Shown one piece after another: positions 36,184 to 45,629 of a DNA stretch of 64,000 bases. The position numbers were made by a program, and so were the translations under genes. Location of the stretch: positions 160,001-224,000 of the forward strand of contig CAYFMJ010000001.1 in NCBI GenBank assembly GCA_964344235.1. The letters run 5' to 3'. The notes beneath the pieces are model-generated. The model did not search any database. It worked only from the letters and a program-made list of their open reading frames with translations, and was not told the DNA's origin. The stretch's first letter is position 1. Every line of letters starts with the position of its first letter. This DNA is from an uncultured Methanosarcinales archaeon (lineage in GTDB: Archaea; Nanobdellota; Nanobdellia; Woesearchaeales; GW2011-AR9).

Positions 36184-37572
36184 TTATCGTTGCTGCGTGA
36201 GTTTTGGCATTTTCTTTTTTTTGTTCTGGAATTGTTTCTTTGATATTTTCTTTACGAAGCCTCTCTCTGCGTCAACTTCAATGTAATCTCCATCTTTTAG
36301 GATTGTGGTTGCTAATTTGGTACCAACAACGCAAGGAATTCTAAACTCTCTACTTACGATTGCAGCGTGGCTTAATATCCCCCCTTCATCCGTAACTATT
36401 GCCCCTGCTTTTTCACAAGCAATAATTAGATTTGGACGGGTCATCTCAGTTACTATAATGCTTCCTTTTTTCATATCCTTAATTTTTTTAGCATGATTCT
36501 CAGATTTACGATAAGATAACAACACCACTTTTCCAATAGCAAAACCTTCCGAAGCTACCTCTCCAACTAACTTTTCAACTTCTTTTGGATTTTCTTTGAT
36601 CTCTTTAATAAATAAAATTGCTTTATCTCCGTCAAAAGTCTCAATATTCTCATTGGTTAAAACTTTAACAAACCCCCTGCTGCGATTTTTCAACCTAGTC
36701 GGTGAAAGCTTTTGATTCATCTCTATCAAAGCGTTTAATTCAAATGCATCGTACATTCTTAAATCCTTTTTAGAAACTTTGAATCTTCTTTTTAACTCTA
36801 TTAGAAATAGCTCATTGTAATAGAGTGCCTGCATCCACAACGATCTCATTCGAAACCTTTCTTCAGATAGACGTCTCAAGACTTTGGTAATGTGTTCTAT
36901 TTTTTTTGGCAATTCTAGTTCCTTAACTAAATTTTTTCTTTTGATTTGACTATGTCTTTTTTCTATCCAATCTTTTTTTTTAAATAAGGAAAGGTCAATT
37001 TTGGCTTTCTCTTTCTTTAATACTTCACTGAATGAGTTGGATAAAGGACCACCTCTTTTAGTAAAAACAAACCTAGTCTCTGGAGATGTTAAGATGGAAA
37101 TTGTTTTTTGTAAATCTTTAACTTTTCTCTTTTTTAAAAATGCAGTCAATTCTTCCTCTAATTTAATGACTTTGTGTGGCTGAGTCATTGAGTAACAAAC
37201 AAAAATATTCCCTAGCGCAAGACCATATAAATCATAGACCGCCCAGAATTCTTTTTTACTCAATTCCTCCAATTTTATATCTATAAGCTTCCCTATCCTT
37301 TTATTTAGCATCTTAGAATTCTTTTTTATTTCACTTAATAAAAATTCAAATTTTTTCTTATTCATTAGGAATTTGTATCCTGCAATGCTACTTCTTTCTA
37401 TCTCTTCTTCAGACAGATAAAATTTACCATAGAATCCCTTCCCAAACATAATGCCATCAGTTATTCCATACCCAAATTTTTTCTTTGATTTTATCCCAAA
37501 GTTGCGAAGTGCTGGTTCAAAATCAAAAAAATTGTGGTTCTCTTCAACCCACATTAGTTTGTAATTGGTCAT
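36184..37572 (-). CDS. PEP-utilising enzyme mobile (phospho-His) domain protein lacking the ATP-grasp domain
   Basis: C-terminal GAIVTDEGGILSHAAIVSREFRIPCVVGT...VDAERG; very AT-rich. Confidence 0.85.
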   Translation of the reverse strand: MTNYKLMWVEENHNFFDFEPALRNFGIKSKKKFGYGITDGIMFGKGFYGKFYLSEEEIERSSIAGYKFLMNKKKFEFLLSEIKKNSKMLNKRIGKLIDIKLEELSKKEFWAVYDLYGLALGNIFVCYSMTQPHKVIKLEEELTAFLKKRKVKDLQKTISILTSPETRFVFTKRGGPLSNSFSEVLKKEKAKIDLSLFKKKDWIEKRHSQIKRKNLVKELELPKKIEHITKVLRRLSEERFRMRSLWMQALYYNELFLIELKRRFKVSKKDLRMYDAFELNALIEMNQKLSPTRLKNRSRGFVKVLTNENIETFDGDKAILFIKEIKENPKEVEKLVGEVASEGFAIGKVVLLSYRKSENHAKKIKDMKKGSIIVTEMTRPNLIIACEKAGAIVTDEGGILSHAAIVSREFRIPCVVGTKLATTILKDGDYIEVDAERGFVKKISKKQFQNKKKKMPKLTQQR

Positions 37573-37726
37573 CTTGATTATTTCTCTTTTTTCCAGTTAA
37601 AATGACACGTTATAGATTTCTAAATAATTTAAAACTTTCTTGAAATCTCTTTAAACATTGAAGAAGTATTTTTAAAACCTCTTCATTTTTTAGGAATATT
37701 TTTAAACGTCACTTAATTGGTAGAGA

Positions 37727-38956
37727 ATGATGGATGTTGTAGTAATTTTACTGGCAATTGGTTTGATTTTATTCTTTGGGCAGTTTGCAGAATTTATTTT
37801 TAGAAAGTTAAGCATTCCGGATGTTTTGTTTTTGATACTGTTAGGGTTTATTTTAGGTCCGAATGTGTTAGGATATGTTTCGCCAGGAAGTTTAGCGGTT
37901 ATCGCGCCAGTGTTTACAACATTTACGCTATTGTTTTTGATTTTTGACGGTGCGTTTAATATTCATTTAGCTTCGTTAATTAGAGAATTGTCACATAGTT
38001 TAGTTTTAACGTTATTCAACTTCTTTATTTCATCCGCAATTATTATGGCAGTACTTGTCATTGCCGGTTTCCCGTGGTTAATTTCATTGTTGGCTGGTTT
38101 CATATTGGGAGGGGTTTCATCATCGTTTGTCATTCCGATTTTGAAGGAGATTAAAATTTCAGAGAGATTATTTTCGTTGTTAACGTTGGAATCAGCGTTG
38201 ACGGACGTGTTTTGTATCGTATTTTCGTTAACTGTGATTGAAATTATCCGGTTTGGTTCTTTCGGAGTAAAAGCAATGGTTGGTCAGTTGATTTCATTGT
38301 TTGCAGTTGCTGGTTTTATCGGGATGTTGGCAGGTGTTATTTGGATTGTGTTAAGTGTTAAGGTTTTTAAAAATCCAAATTATATGATTACTATTGCGTA
38401 TTTATTGATTGTTTACGCTCTTACGGACTTCTTAGGTGGGAATGGGGCAATCGCGGCTTTATTCTTTGGTTTAATGTTGAAGAACTCCAAGCAATTAACT
38501 GCTATTTTGCATGGGATTACAAAGAAAGTTAAAAGTCGGAAGAAAAAAATCCCGATACATTCGGTTATCAGGCCGTCAGAGGAGTTTTTCTATCATCAAG
38601 TTTCTTTCTTACTGAAAACATTCTTCTTTGTGTATATCGGAATTTTGATTGATATCCAAGATTGGAAGGCTTTGTTGATTGGAGTGTTAATCTCATTTGT
38701 GTTAATGGGCTCACGGATTGCCTCTTCATTGTTAACTAAGAAGATGGAACCGGATAACAGAAGTTTAGTGAACGCGATTTTTGCAAGAGGTTTAGCAGCG
38801 GCGGTTATTGTACAGTTAGTGATTGAAGCGGGGATCATGCATGCTGATTTCATTGCGAAAGTAACGTACGTGGTGATTACTGGGACGATTGTGCTAAGTT
38901 CAGTGAGAGTATTCTTAGTAAAGCGAAAAATGCCTGTTGCTGTGGTTAAAAAATGA
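37727..38956 (+). CDS. Cation/proton antiporter (CPA, NhaP-like)
   Basis: GFILGP, LESALTD, ARGLAAA; about 12 TM. Confidence 0.88.
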   Translation: MMDVVVILLAIGLILFFGQFAEFIFRKLSIPDVLFLILLGFILGPNVLGYVSPGSLAVIAPVFTTFTLLFLIFDGAFNIHLASLIRELSHSLVLTLFNFFISSAIIMAVLVIAGFPWLISLLAGFILGGVSSSFVIPILKEIKISERLFSLLTLESALTDVFCIVFSLTVIEIIRFGSFGVKAMVGQLISLFAVAGFIGMLAGVIWIVLSVKVFKNPNYMITIAYLLIVYALTDFLGGNGAIAALFFGLMLKNSKQLTAILHGITKKVKSRKKKIPIHSVIRPSEEFFYHQVSFLLKTFFFVYIGILIDIQDWKALLIGVLISFVLMGSRIASSLLTKKMEPDNRSLVNAIFARGLAAAVIVQLVIEAGIMHADFIAKVTYVVITGTIVLSSVRVFLVKRKMPVAVVKK

Positions 38957-39996
38957 TACAAGAATGGTTTGCGGCATTAGGGGTGCCGTGGTTACTGAAT
39001 AAGTATGTGCAGGCAGCAGTGATTATTGTTGTTGCTATTGTTCTGGCTAAACTGGTGTTATTCGTGTTTAGTCGATATTTGCAAAGAATTGCAGGTAAAA
39101 CGAAAACAAAAGTTGATGATTTAATTTTTGAAAATACAAAACGGCCGTTATTTTATTTAGTGTTAGTGTATGGAGTTAAGTTTGCATTAGTGCCGTTGGG
39201 AATTAACGGAGTGGTTGACAAGATTATTAATTCGTTATTGGCAGTGGTGTTTGTGTTCATTCTCTCTCGAAGTTTAGATGTGATTATTGAAACGTGGGGT
39301 ACTTCTTTTGCTAAAAAAACAAAGACGAAGATTGATGAAGTATTATTGCCATTATTCCATAAAGCGTCGAAAGTTATTTTCGTTATTATTGCAGTGTTAT
39401 GGGTGTTAGCAATTTGGGAGATTGACATTACGCCGTACCTAGCGGGTGCAGGGATTATTGGGTTGGTGTTGGGAATGGCGTTACAGGACTCATTAAAGAA
39501 TGTCTTTGGTGGTGTCAGTTTATTGTTGGATAAGAATTTTCATATCGGTGATCCCATTCAACTTGAGTCAGGAGAGCTGGGAAGTGTGAACGAGATCGGG
39601 TTGCGAAGTACGAAAATTTTGACGTTTGATAATGAAGTTATCTTTATTCCGAATGGGCAGTTAGCGAATATGCGGATTAGGAACTATGTGAAGCCGAATA
39701 CGAAAATTCGGAAGATTGTGGAGTTTGGTGTGGCCTATGGCTCTGATGTTGAAAACGTGAAGAAAGTAGTGTTGGGAGCGATGAAGAAGGTGAAAGATAT
39801 TTCTGACGATCCGTATATGGATGTTATTTTTACCTCCATGGGTGATTCTGCGTTGTTGTTTAAGGCGCGGTTTTGGGTGGATTGGGAGGTAGCGTATAGT
39901 AAGTGGTTAGAAGTTACACAAGCGATTTATTCTGTGCTTGAGAAAGAGGGAATTGAGATTCCATTCCCGCAGATGGATGTGCATATGAAGAAGTGA
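38953..39996 (+). CDS. mscS: Small-conductance mechanosensitive channel
   Basis: LGMALQDSLKNVFGG, IGLRSTKI, IPNGQL, GIEIPFPQ. Confidence 0.93.
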   Translation: MIQEWFAALGVPWLLNKYVQAAVIIVVAIVLAKLVLFVFSRYLQRIAGKTKTKVDDLIFENTKRPLFYLVLVYGVKFALVPLGINGVVDKIINSLLAVVFVFILSRSLDVIIETWGTSFAKKTKTKIDEVLLPLFHKASKVIFVIIAVLWVLAIWEIDITPYLAGAGIIGLVLGMALQDSLKNVFGGVSLLLDKNFHIGDPIQLESGELGSVNEIGLRSTKILTFDNEVIFIPNGQLANMRIRNYVKPNTKIRKIVEFGVAYGSDVENVKKVVLGAMKKVKDISDDPYMDVIFTSMGDSALLFKARFWVDWEVAYSKWLEVTQAIYSVLEKEGIEIPFPQMDVHMKK

Positions 39997-39998
39997 TT

Positions 39999-40799
39999 TT
40001 ATTCAAAATACTCCACTGCATTTTTGAAAATTTGTAATCCTGGACCTTCTTCTGGAATCTCTTGTCCTTCTCGTTTATACTGTTCTCTTAGTAACGTCCA
40101 ATGTGGAAGATGAGTAAAAGCAATAGCACGTTCAGGGTGGGGCATCATACCAATGAGCCTGCCTGTCTCATCAGTGATCGCTGCAATGTCATCTAGGGAA
40201 CCGTTCGGATTTGCTGGAAGATCTTGATATGCACAGATTTCTCCTGCAACGTATTTAGCTGCAACTAAACCTTTCTCATGTAGCCGTGTTAGTGTTTCAC
40301 TATCTGTGTAGAACCTGCCTTCACCATGTGCAATTGGCACACTTATTCTTTCAATGCCTTGTGTCCAGGGGCTGCCTCTCTGAAATTGTAGGTCCACCCA
40401 CCGATCTATATATCGGGCAGAATCATTATGAGTGAGAGCGACACTTCTCTTGCCATAGTTTCCATCTAAAGCAGGAAGAAGCCCCAAGTTTACCATCACC
40501 TGAAACCCGTTACAAATTCCGATCGCGAGATGATCTTCTTCGACAAAGCGTAGTACTTCGTCCGATAAATGGTTCTGAATCTTGTTGGCAAGAGCATTTC
40601 CAGAACCAGTGTCATCTCCGTAGGAGAAACCACCAGGGAATGCAAGTATTTGGTACCTGTTGAGTTTAGCAGGGTCAGCAATTAAGTCATTAATGTGGAC
40701 AATGTCAACGCGTGCGCCTGCTTGTCTGAACGCGAATGCTGTTTCTTCATCACAATTAATTCCATATCCTGTAAGTGCTAAAACGTGTGGTGTTGCCAT
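39999..40799 (-). CDS. purQ: FGAM synthase glutaminase subunit
   Basis: GGFSYGD, GICNGFQ, AHGEG, MMPHPER. Confidence 0.95.
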   Translation of the reverse strand: MATPHVLALTGYGINCDEETAFAFRQAGARVDIVHINDLIADPAKLNRYQILAFPGGFSYGDDTGSGNALANKIQNHLSDEVLRFVEEDHLAIGICNGFQVMVNLGLLPALDGNYGKRSVALTHNDSARYIDRWVDLQFQRGSPWTQGIERISVPIAHGEGRFYTDSETLTRLHEKGLVAAKYVAGEICAYQDLPANPNGSLDDIAAITDETGRLIGMMPHPERAIAFTHLPHWTLLREQYKREGQEIPEEGPGLQIFKNAVEYFE

Positions 40800-40800
40800 A

Positions 40801-43776
40801 TTAATATTCTCCCAGTGTTGATTTGTACGGTTCTAACAAGGCGCTAGCCGTTGTGTCGATTATTTTGGTGCCTCCCACTCCTGTTACCGTAAAAGAGCCA
40901 TCATTTGTAATTTCCCCGATATGAGCATGTTGCTGCTCAGCCATAATTGCTTCGAACCGTTCTTTGTTTTGAGGGGCAATTGTTACAAGAATTCTACCCT
41001 GGCTTTCGGAGTATAACTTACAGTCATTACGCGAAGCTGTTCCAGGAAGGTTTTCTAATGAAACGTCTACACCCAACATACCACCCATGGCTGTTTTAGC
41101 TAACGCAATAGCAAGACCACCCCGATGGACGCTTTTGGCAGAGGCTATAATGCCTTCCTCTACGGCTTGCTCATATGCTTGATAGACTGCTTTGTTTCTT
41201 GTAGCATTAACTTGTGGAACGCTGTTACCAATATACGCCTCGCCACATTGTTCCTCACCAACCATGGCGAAGTATTCAGAAGCGCCGAGTTCGTCATGTG
41301 TTTCTCCGAGTACGTACACTAAATCTCCCGCAAACTTTGCATCAAGCGATACTGCTTTGCGAGCATCTTGCATTACCCCAATAGAAGAGACGAGCAATGT
41401 TGGAGGAACAGAAACTTTCATGGGATTACCCTCTTCATCAAATCCTTTAAAGTCATTAAACATGCTGTCTTTGCCCGAGATGAAAGGGGTACCAAACGCA
41501 ACAGCTGTATCATAACAAGCTCTCACAGCTTCTTTAAGCTGTCCTAAACGTTCTGGTTCGTTAGAGCTACACCAACAAAAGTTGTCCATAAGAGCTAAGT
41601 GGTTCAGTGGGGCTCCTGCGACGACTGCATTTCTGATTGCAGTGTCGATTGCAGCAGCAGCCATATGATATGTATCAATGTCACTATAGCTTGGATTAAT
41701 GCCCTGTGATGTAACGACTGCTTTTTGTGAATCTAGAATTGGCCTTGTTACGGATGCATCTCCGTTGACTCTGCCTCGGCCCTGTAATGGTTTTATGACG
41801 GAACCACCCTGCACTTCGTGGTCGTATTGTCGTGAGATAAACTCGAAGCTTGTGATGTTTAGTCTTCCCAGCATGGAATGAAGAGAATCAGTTAAGTCCC
41901 CTAATTCGGCAATCTCTGGCTCTTCGTGCGTAGGTCTGGTATATGTTGTGTGCATCGGTCGTGGTGGGAGACCGTCGTGCAGAAAGTCTAAATCAAGCTC
42001 CGCTACTTTTTCTCCATGAAAGTAGGTGATACTTTTTCCTGAGTCTGTGAACTCCCCGATTACTGTTGCCTCGACGCCTCTACGTTGCATTAACGATTGA
42101 AAAGCAGGCCATTTCTCTGGTGGGACTGCGAGAGTCATACGTTCCTGTGCTTCAGAGATGTCGATTTCGTACGGAGCAAGTCCGGGATATTTTGAAGGTA
42201 CTCTATCAAGATGGTAAACACAACCCCCACTTGCTTTTGCCATTTCGTTAACAGAACAAGATAAACCTCCAGCACCGTTGTCAGTAATGTCGTTATACAA
42301 TGCTTGATCTCTCGCTTCTTTAACAACGGCATCACTTAATTTCTTTTGTGTAATTGGGTCACCAATTTGCACAGCTGTTGCCGGGCTACCGGAATCCATG
42401 GCTTCTGAAGAGAAAGTTGCTCCATGAATGCCATCTTTTCCTACCCTCCCTCCGATCATAACAATGTAATCCCCTGGCTGGGCTTGTTTTTCATGTGAAG
42501 GTCTGCCTGCACTCTCTCGTGGGATAAGACCAACGGTTCCTACAAACACTAGCGGCTTGCCTTTGTATCGTGCGTCGAATGTGACAAAACCTTGTGGGGT
42601 TGGTATGCCAGAACAATTTCCCCCTACATTAACTCCTGCAACAACACCCTCCATGATTTGGCGTGGTAAGAGCATCTCTTGTGTGAACTCTGGGCCTTTG
42701 TAGAGCGGGGTTGTATCACGGGGGTCAGCGAAGCAAAAACCGTACCTATTGATGATTGGTTTAGCACCTAAACCAAAACCAATCGTGTCCCGGTTAACTC
42801 CAACAATTCCCGTAATAGATCCTCCAAATGGATCGAGAGCAGAGGGGCTGTTATGCGTTTCTGCTTTATCTGTTACGAGAAAATCGTCATCGAAAATAAT
42901 TGCTCCGGAATTGTCCGTAAAAACTGACACACAGAAGTCTTCATTTCCTTTTTCTGCGCGTATTCTTTGTGTTGCCGCTTTGATGAACGTTCTGTATAGG
43001 CCGTCTGTAACCTCATCCATTGGATCAGCGAAAATTGTATGTTTACAATGTTCTGACCATGTTTGAGCAATTCTTTCAAGTTCAACATCAGTTGGGTTTC
43101 TGCCTTGTTCTCTAAAATAAGAGCGTATTGCATGCATGTATGTTAAGTCTAGCGCGAGTGGGCCTCTGCGAGTCCCATCCCCGTTAGAGATGCCTTTCTT
43201 TCCAATAAGTGTTAGTTCATCATCGCTGGCGTTGAGAATATCAACAATACTGGCAGAGGGTGCTGGACCTAGCCGCACTTCAGGAATAATGAGCCCCATG
43301 CCGCCCTCTCTTTGGAATTCGTTGTAGTTTCTAATGGTAATTCTTTGGATCAGCGGATTGGCGAGCGAATTTGCAATAAATGTAACATCACTTTCTGTTA
43401 AATCTCCCGAAAGAAACGTTATTTGTGAAGTATATGCTTCTGCAATGTGTTTGTTTCCAAGTAAGTCTTCGATCCCTTCTCTAGTTGTAGTACCGACGTT
43501 ATCCGTTACGCCTGGCAAGAATCCAACCTCAATTGCCCACTGGAAATCATCAGGAGCTTGAGGTGTGTCTACGGTTGCGTGTTGTGTTACAGGATTGGTA
43601 AGCATTGATGCGACAGAGTCTAGAGTATCCTCTTGTAGTGCCGAACCAATAGTGTACACGTCAACGATGTGTGTATCAGTGATCCTTTCAGAAAAACCAA
43701 GTGTTTCAATACGGCGCCTTCGTATTGCGGCCCTTGTATCTGGAATAATGGATCTTACCTCAATCCTATGGGCCAT
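40801..43776 (-). CDS. purL: FGAM synthase synthetase subunit with N-terminal PurS-like extension
   Basis: WSEHCKH, ETHNSPS, DNGAGG, SEAQERM, GKDSM. Confidence 0.95.
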   Translation of the reverse strand: MAHRIEVRSIIPDTRAAIRRRRIETLGFSERITDTHIVDVYTIGSALQEDTLDSVASMLTNPVTQHATVDTPQAPDDFQWAIEVGFLPGVTDNVGTTTREGIEDLLGNKHIAEAYTSQITFLSGDLTESDVTFIANSLANPLIQRITIRNYNEFQREGGMGLIIPEVRLGPAPSASIVDILNASDDELTLIGKKGISNGDGTRRGPLALDLTYMHAIRSYFREQGRNPTDVELERIAQTWSEHCKHTIFADPMDEVTDGLYRTFIKAATQRIRAEKGNEDFCVSVFTDNSGAIIFDDDFLVTDKAETHNSPSALDPFGGSITGIVGVNRDTIGFGLGAKPIINRYGFCFADPRDTTPLYKGPEFTQEMLLPRQIMEGVVAGVNVGGNCSGIPTPQGFVTFDARYKGKPLVFVGTVGLIPRESAGRPSHEKQAQPGDYIVMIGGRVGKDGIHGATFSSEAMDSGSPATAVQIGDPITQKKLSDAVVKEARDQALYNDITDNGAGGLSCSVNEMAKASGGCVYHLDRVPSKYPGLAPYEIDISEAQERMTLAVPPEKWPAFQSLMQRRGVEATVIGEFTDSGKSITYFHGEKVAELDLDFLHDGLPPRPMHTTYTRPTHEEPEIAELGDLTDSLHSMLGRLNITSFEFISRQYDHEVQGGSVIKPLQGRGRVNGDASVTRPILDSQKAVVTSQGINPSYSDIDTYHMAAAAIDTAIRNAVVAGAPLNHLALMDNFCWCSSNEPERLGQLKEAVRACYDTAVAFGTPFISGKDSMFNDFKGFDEEGNPMKVSVPPTLLVSSIGVMQDARKAVSLDAKFAGDLVYVLGETHDELGASEYFAMVGEEQCGEAYIGNSVPQVNATRNKAVYQAYEQAVEEGIIASAKSVHRGGLAIALAKTAMGGMLGVDVSLENLPGTASRNDCKLYSESQGRILVTIAPQNKERFEAIMAEQQHAHIGEITNDGSFTVTGVGGTKIIDTTASALLEPYKSTLGEY

Positions 43777-43884
43777 GTTTTTGTAAAATGAATTTATGTT
43801 ATAAAGTTTAGTGTTCTTGAATATATTGTTAGGAGATCCTCTACTTCAGAAATCATTAAATAGTTTGTTTTCTCTTTGTGATGC

Positions 43885-44076
43885 ATGGAACCGCTTTCAA
43901 TTGTTGGAATAATGATTCTGATTATCGTGGCGTTATTTCTGGGAAAAATTTTATCGATTTTGGGGAGAATTGTGTTTGTGGCTTTAATCATCGCATTGGT
44001 GTTGGTGTTTGCGTTTGGTATTTCGTTAAATCAAGTGGTTGATTGGGGTTTACAAGTTATTTTATTAGCGTTTTGA
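43885..44076 (+). CDS. Small hydrophobic membrane protein
   Basis: 63 aa, two hydrophobic helices. Confidence 0.6.
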   Translation: MEPLSIVGIMILIIVALFLGKILSILGRIVFVALIIALVLVFAFGISLNQVVDWGLQVILLAF

Positions 44077-44557
44077 ATGTTCTTTCTTCAGTTCTTTTTT
44101 GTTCTTGCATACCAATAACTGTTTCTAGCGTTCGCCTATATTCTGGTTGCCAGAACTCACAGTAATATTCTCTTAGATCGTCGTCTGGCCGTTCACTGAA
44201 TCTACGGCCTTCGGGCTGTTGGCTTTCCATGGAGCAATGGGATGCAGCTTTCCTTCTAAGAAATAATGCCCTTTCACGATGGACACACGATAGGCAACCT
44301 CCCTCCGACCGCTCTCTGTACGCCTCGACATAATTTCTTACACTTGACAAATCGAGATAGGTGCTTGTCCCTTCGTTTGTGTGGGAACCATTTTCAATAA
44401 TTCTCAATACTTCGGTGAGTTCTGTATCTTTAAGAGAGGGGTCTATAGATGAAAGAGATCTTCCTACATCTTGCAACAGGCCAAGAACTTTATGTATTGA
44501 TCTGGCATCCGAGAAGCGCGTAGGAACTTGGTATACTACTGTTCCTTCTTGTGACAT
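44057..44557 (-). CDS. Hypothetical protein with a Cys/His cluster
   Basis: CLSCVH...HC...YYCEFW. Confidence 0.5.
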   Translation of the reverse strand: MSQEGTVVYQVPTRFSDARSIHKVLGLLQDVGRSLSSIDPSLKDTELTEVLRIIENGSHTNEGTSTYLDLSSVRNYVEAYRERSEGGCLSCVHRERALFLRRKAASHCSMESQQPEGRRFSERPDDDLREYYCEFWQPEYRRTLETVIGMQEQKRTEERTFKTLIK

Positions 44558-44672
44558 AAAATACTTCTTTCTTTGTCTTATATAAAAAATTTACTACTAA
44601 AAAGGCGTGTTTTTCTGAAGGGGGCTTTTTAGCTACAACAAACTATATAAACTGGTTCTCTCCTGAAAGATT

Positions 44673-45629
44673 ATGAGTTCTACAATATGGACGGAGAAGT
44701 ATCGGCCGCAAACGTTTGATGAAGTAAAAGGACAGCAGGAAATTGTTGCCAAAGTAAAAGCGTTTGTTTCTTCTGGTTCGATGCCACATCTCATGTTCTC
44801 TGGCCCGGCAGGTGTGGGGAAGACGACGTTAGCGTTAGTTATTGCAAAGCAATTATTTGGCGAAGAGTGGCGGCAAAATACGTTGGAGTTAAATGCGTCT
44901 GATGAGCGAGGAATTGATGTTGTTAGGGTGAAAGTGAAAGACTTTGCACGGACTAGGGCGTTAGGAGATGTGCCGTTTAAGTTGATTTATTTAGATGAGT
45001 GTGATGCTCTGACGAAAGAAGCGCAACAGGCTTTACGTCGGACAATGGAGAATTATACGAAGACCTGTCGGTTTGTGTTAAGCTGTAATTATAGTTCTAA
45101 AATTATTGACCCGATTCAATCGAGATGCGCTATTTTCCGATTTAAACCGTTACCTGAGGATGAGATTTACAAAGTGATTGACCGAATTACTGCGGAAGAA
45201 GGATTGGTGTTAGGAGAGGGTGTAAAAGAAGCACTGTTTGAAGTTTCAGGCGGCGATTGTCGAAGATTAGAGAATGTGATGCAGTCATGTGCTGTTATCA
45301 AAAAAGAGTTAGATGCTGAGTTGGTGTATTCCATGGCTTCGGTTGCTCGCCCTAAAGAAGTGCATGAAGTGTTGCGGATTGCAGCTGCTGGGGATTTTCT
45401 TGCTAGTCGGAAGAAGTTATTGGATTTAATGTTAAATTATGGTTTATCTGGATTGGATGTGGTTAAACAGATTCAGCGAGAGATTTGGAATTTAGAGTTA
45501 GAGGATAGGAAGAAGGTTGAGTTAATTGATCAATGTGGTGAAGTAGAATTTAGAATGGTTGAAGGTTCTGATGAGTATGTACAATTGGAAAGTTTTTTAG
45601 CGTTTGTTGTGTTGGTAGGGAGTAGATGA
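44673..45629 (+). CDS. rfcS: Replication factor C small subunit (no intein)
   Basis: WTEKYRP, GPAGVGKTT, ELNASDERG, DECD, SRC; TATA TATATAAA at 44644-44651. Confidence 0.96.
   Translation: MSSTIWTEKYRPQTFDEVKGQQEIVAKVKAFVSSGSMPHLMFSGPAGVGKTTLALVIAKQLFGEEWRQNTLELNASDERGIDVVRVKVKDFARTRALGDVPFKLIYLDECDALTKEAQQALRRTMENYTKTCRFVLSCNYSSKIIDPIQSRCAIFRFKPLPEDEIYKVIDRITAEEGLVLGEGVKEALFEVSGGDCRRLENVMQSCAVIKKELDAELVYSMASVARPKEVHEVLRIAAAGDFLASRKKLLDLMLNYGLSGLDVVKQIQREIWNLELEDRKKVELIDQCGEVEFRMVEGSDEYVQLESFLAFVVLVGSR

Noticed and set aside
44673-45629. Intein in RFC small subunit or RadA (common insertion hosts)
   Set aside because: Both proteins are of normal length with uninterrupted Walker motifs
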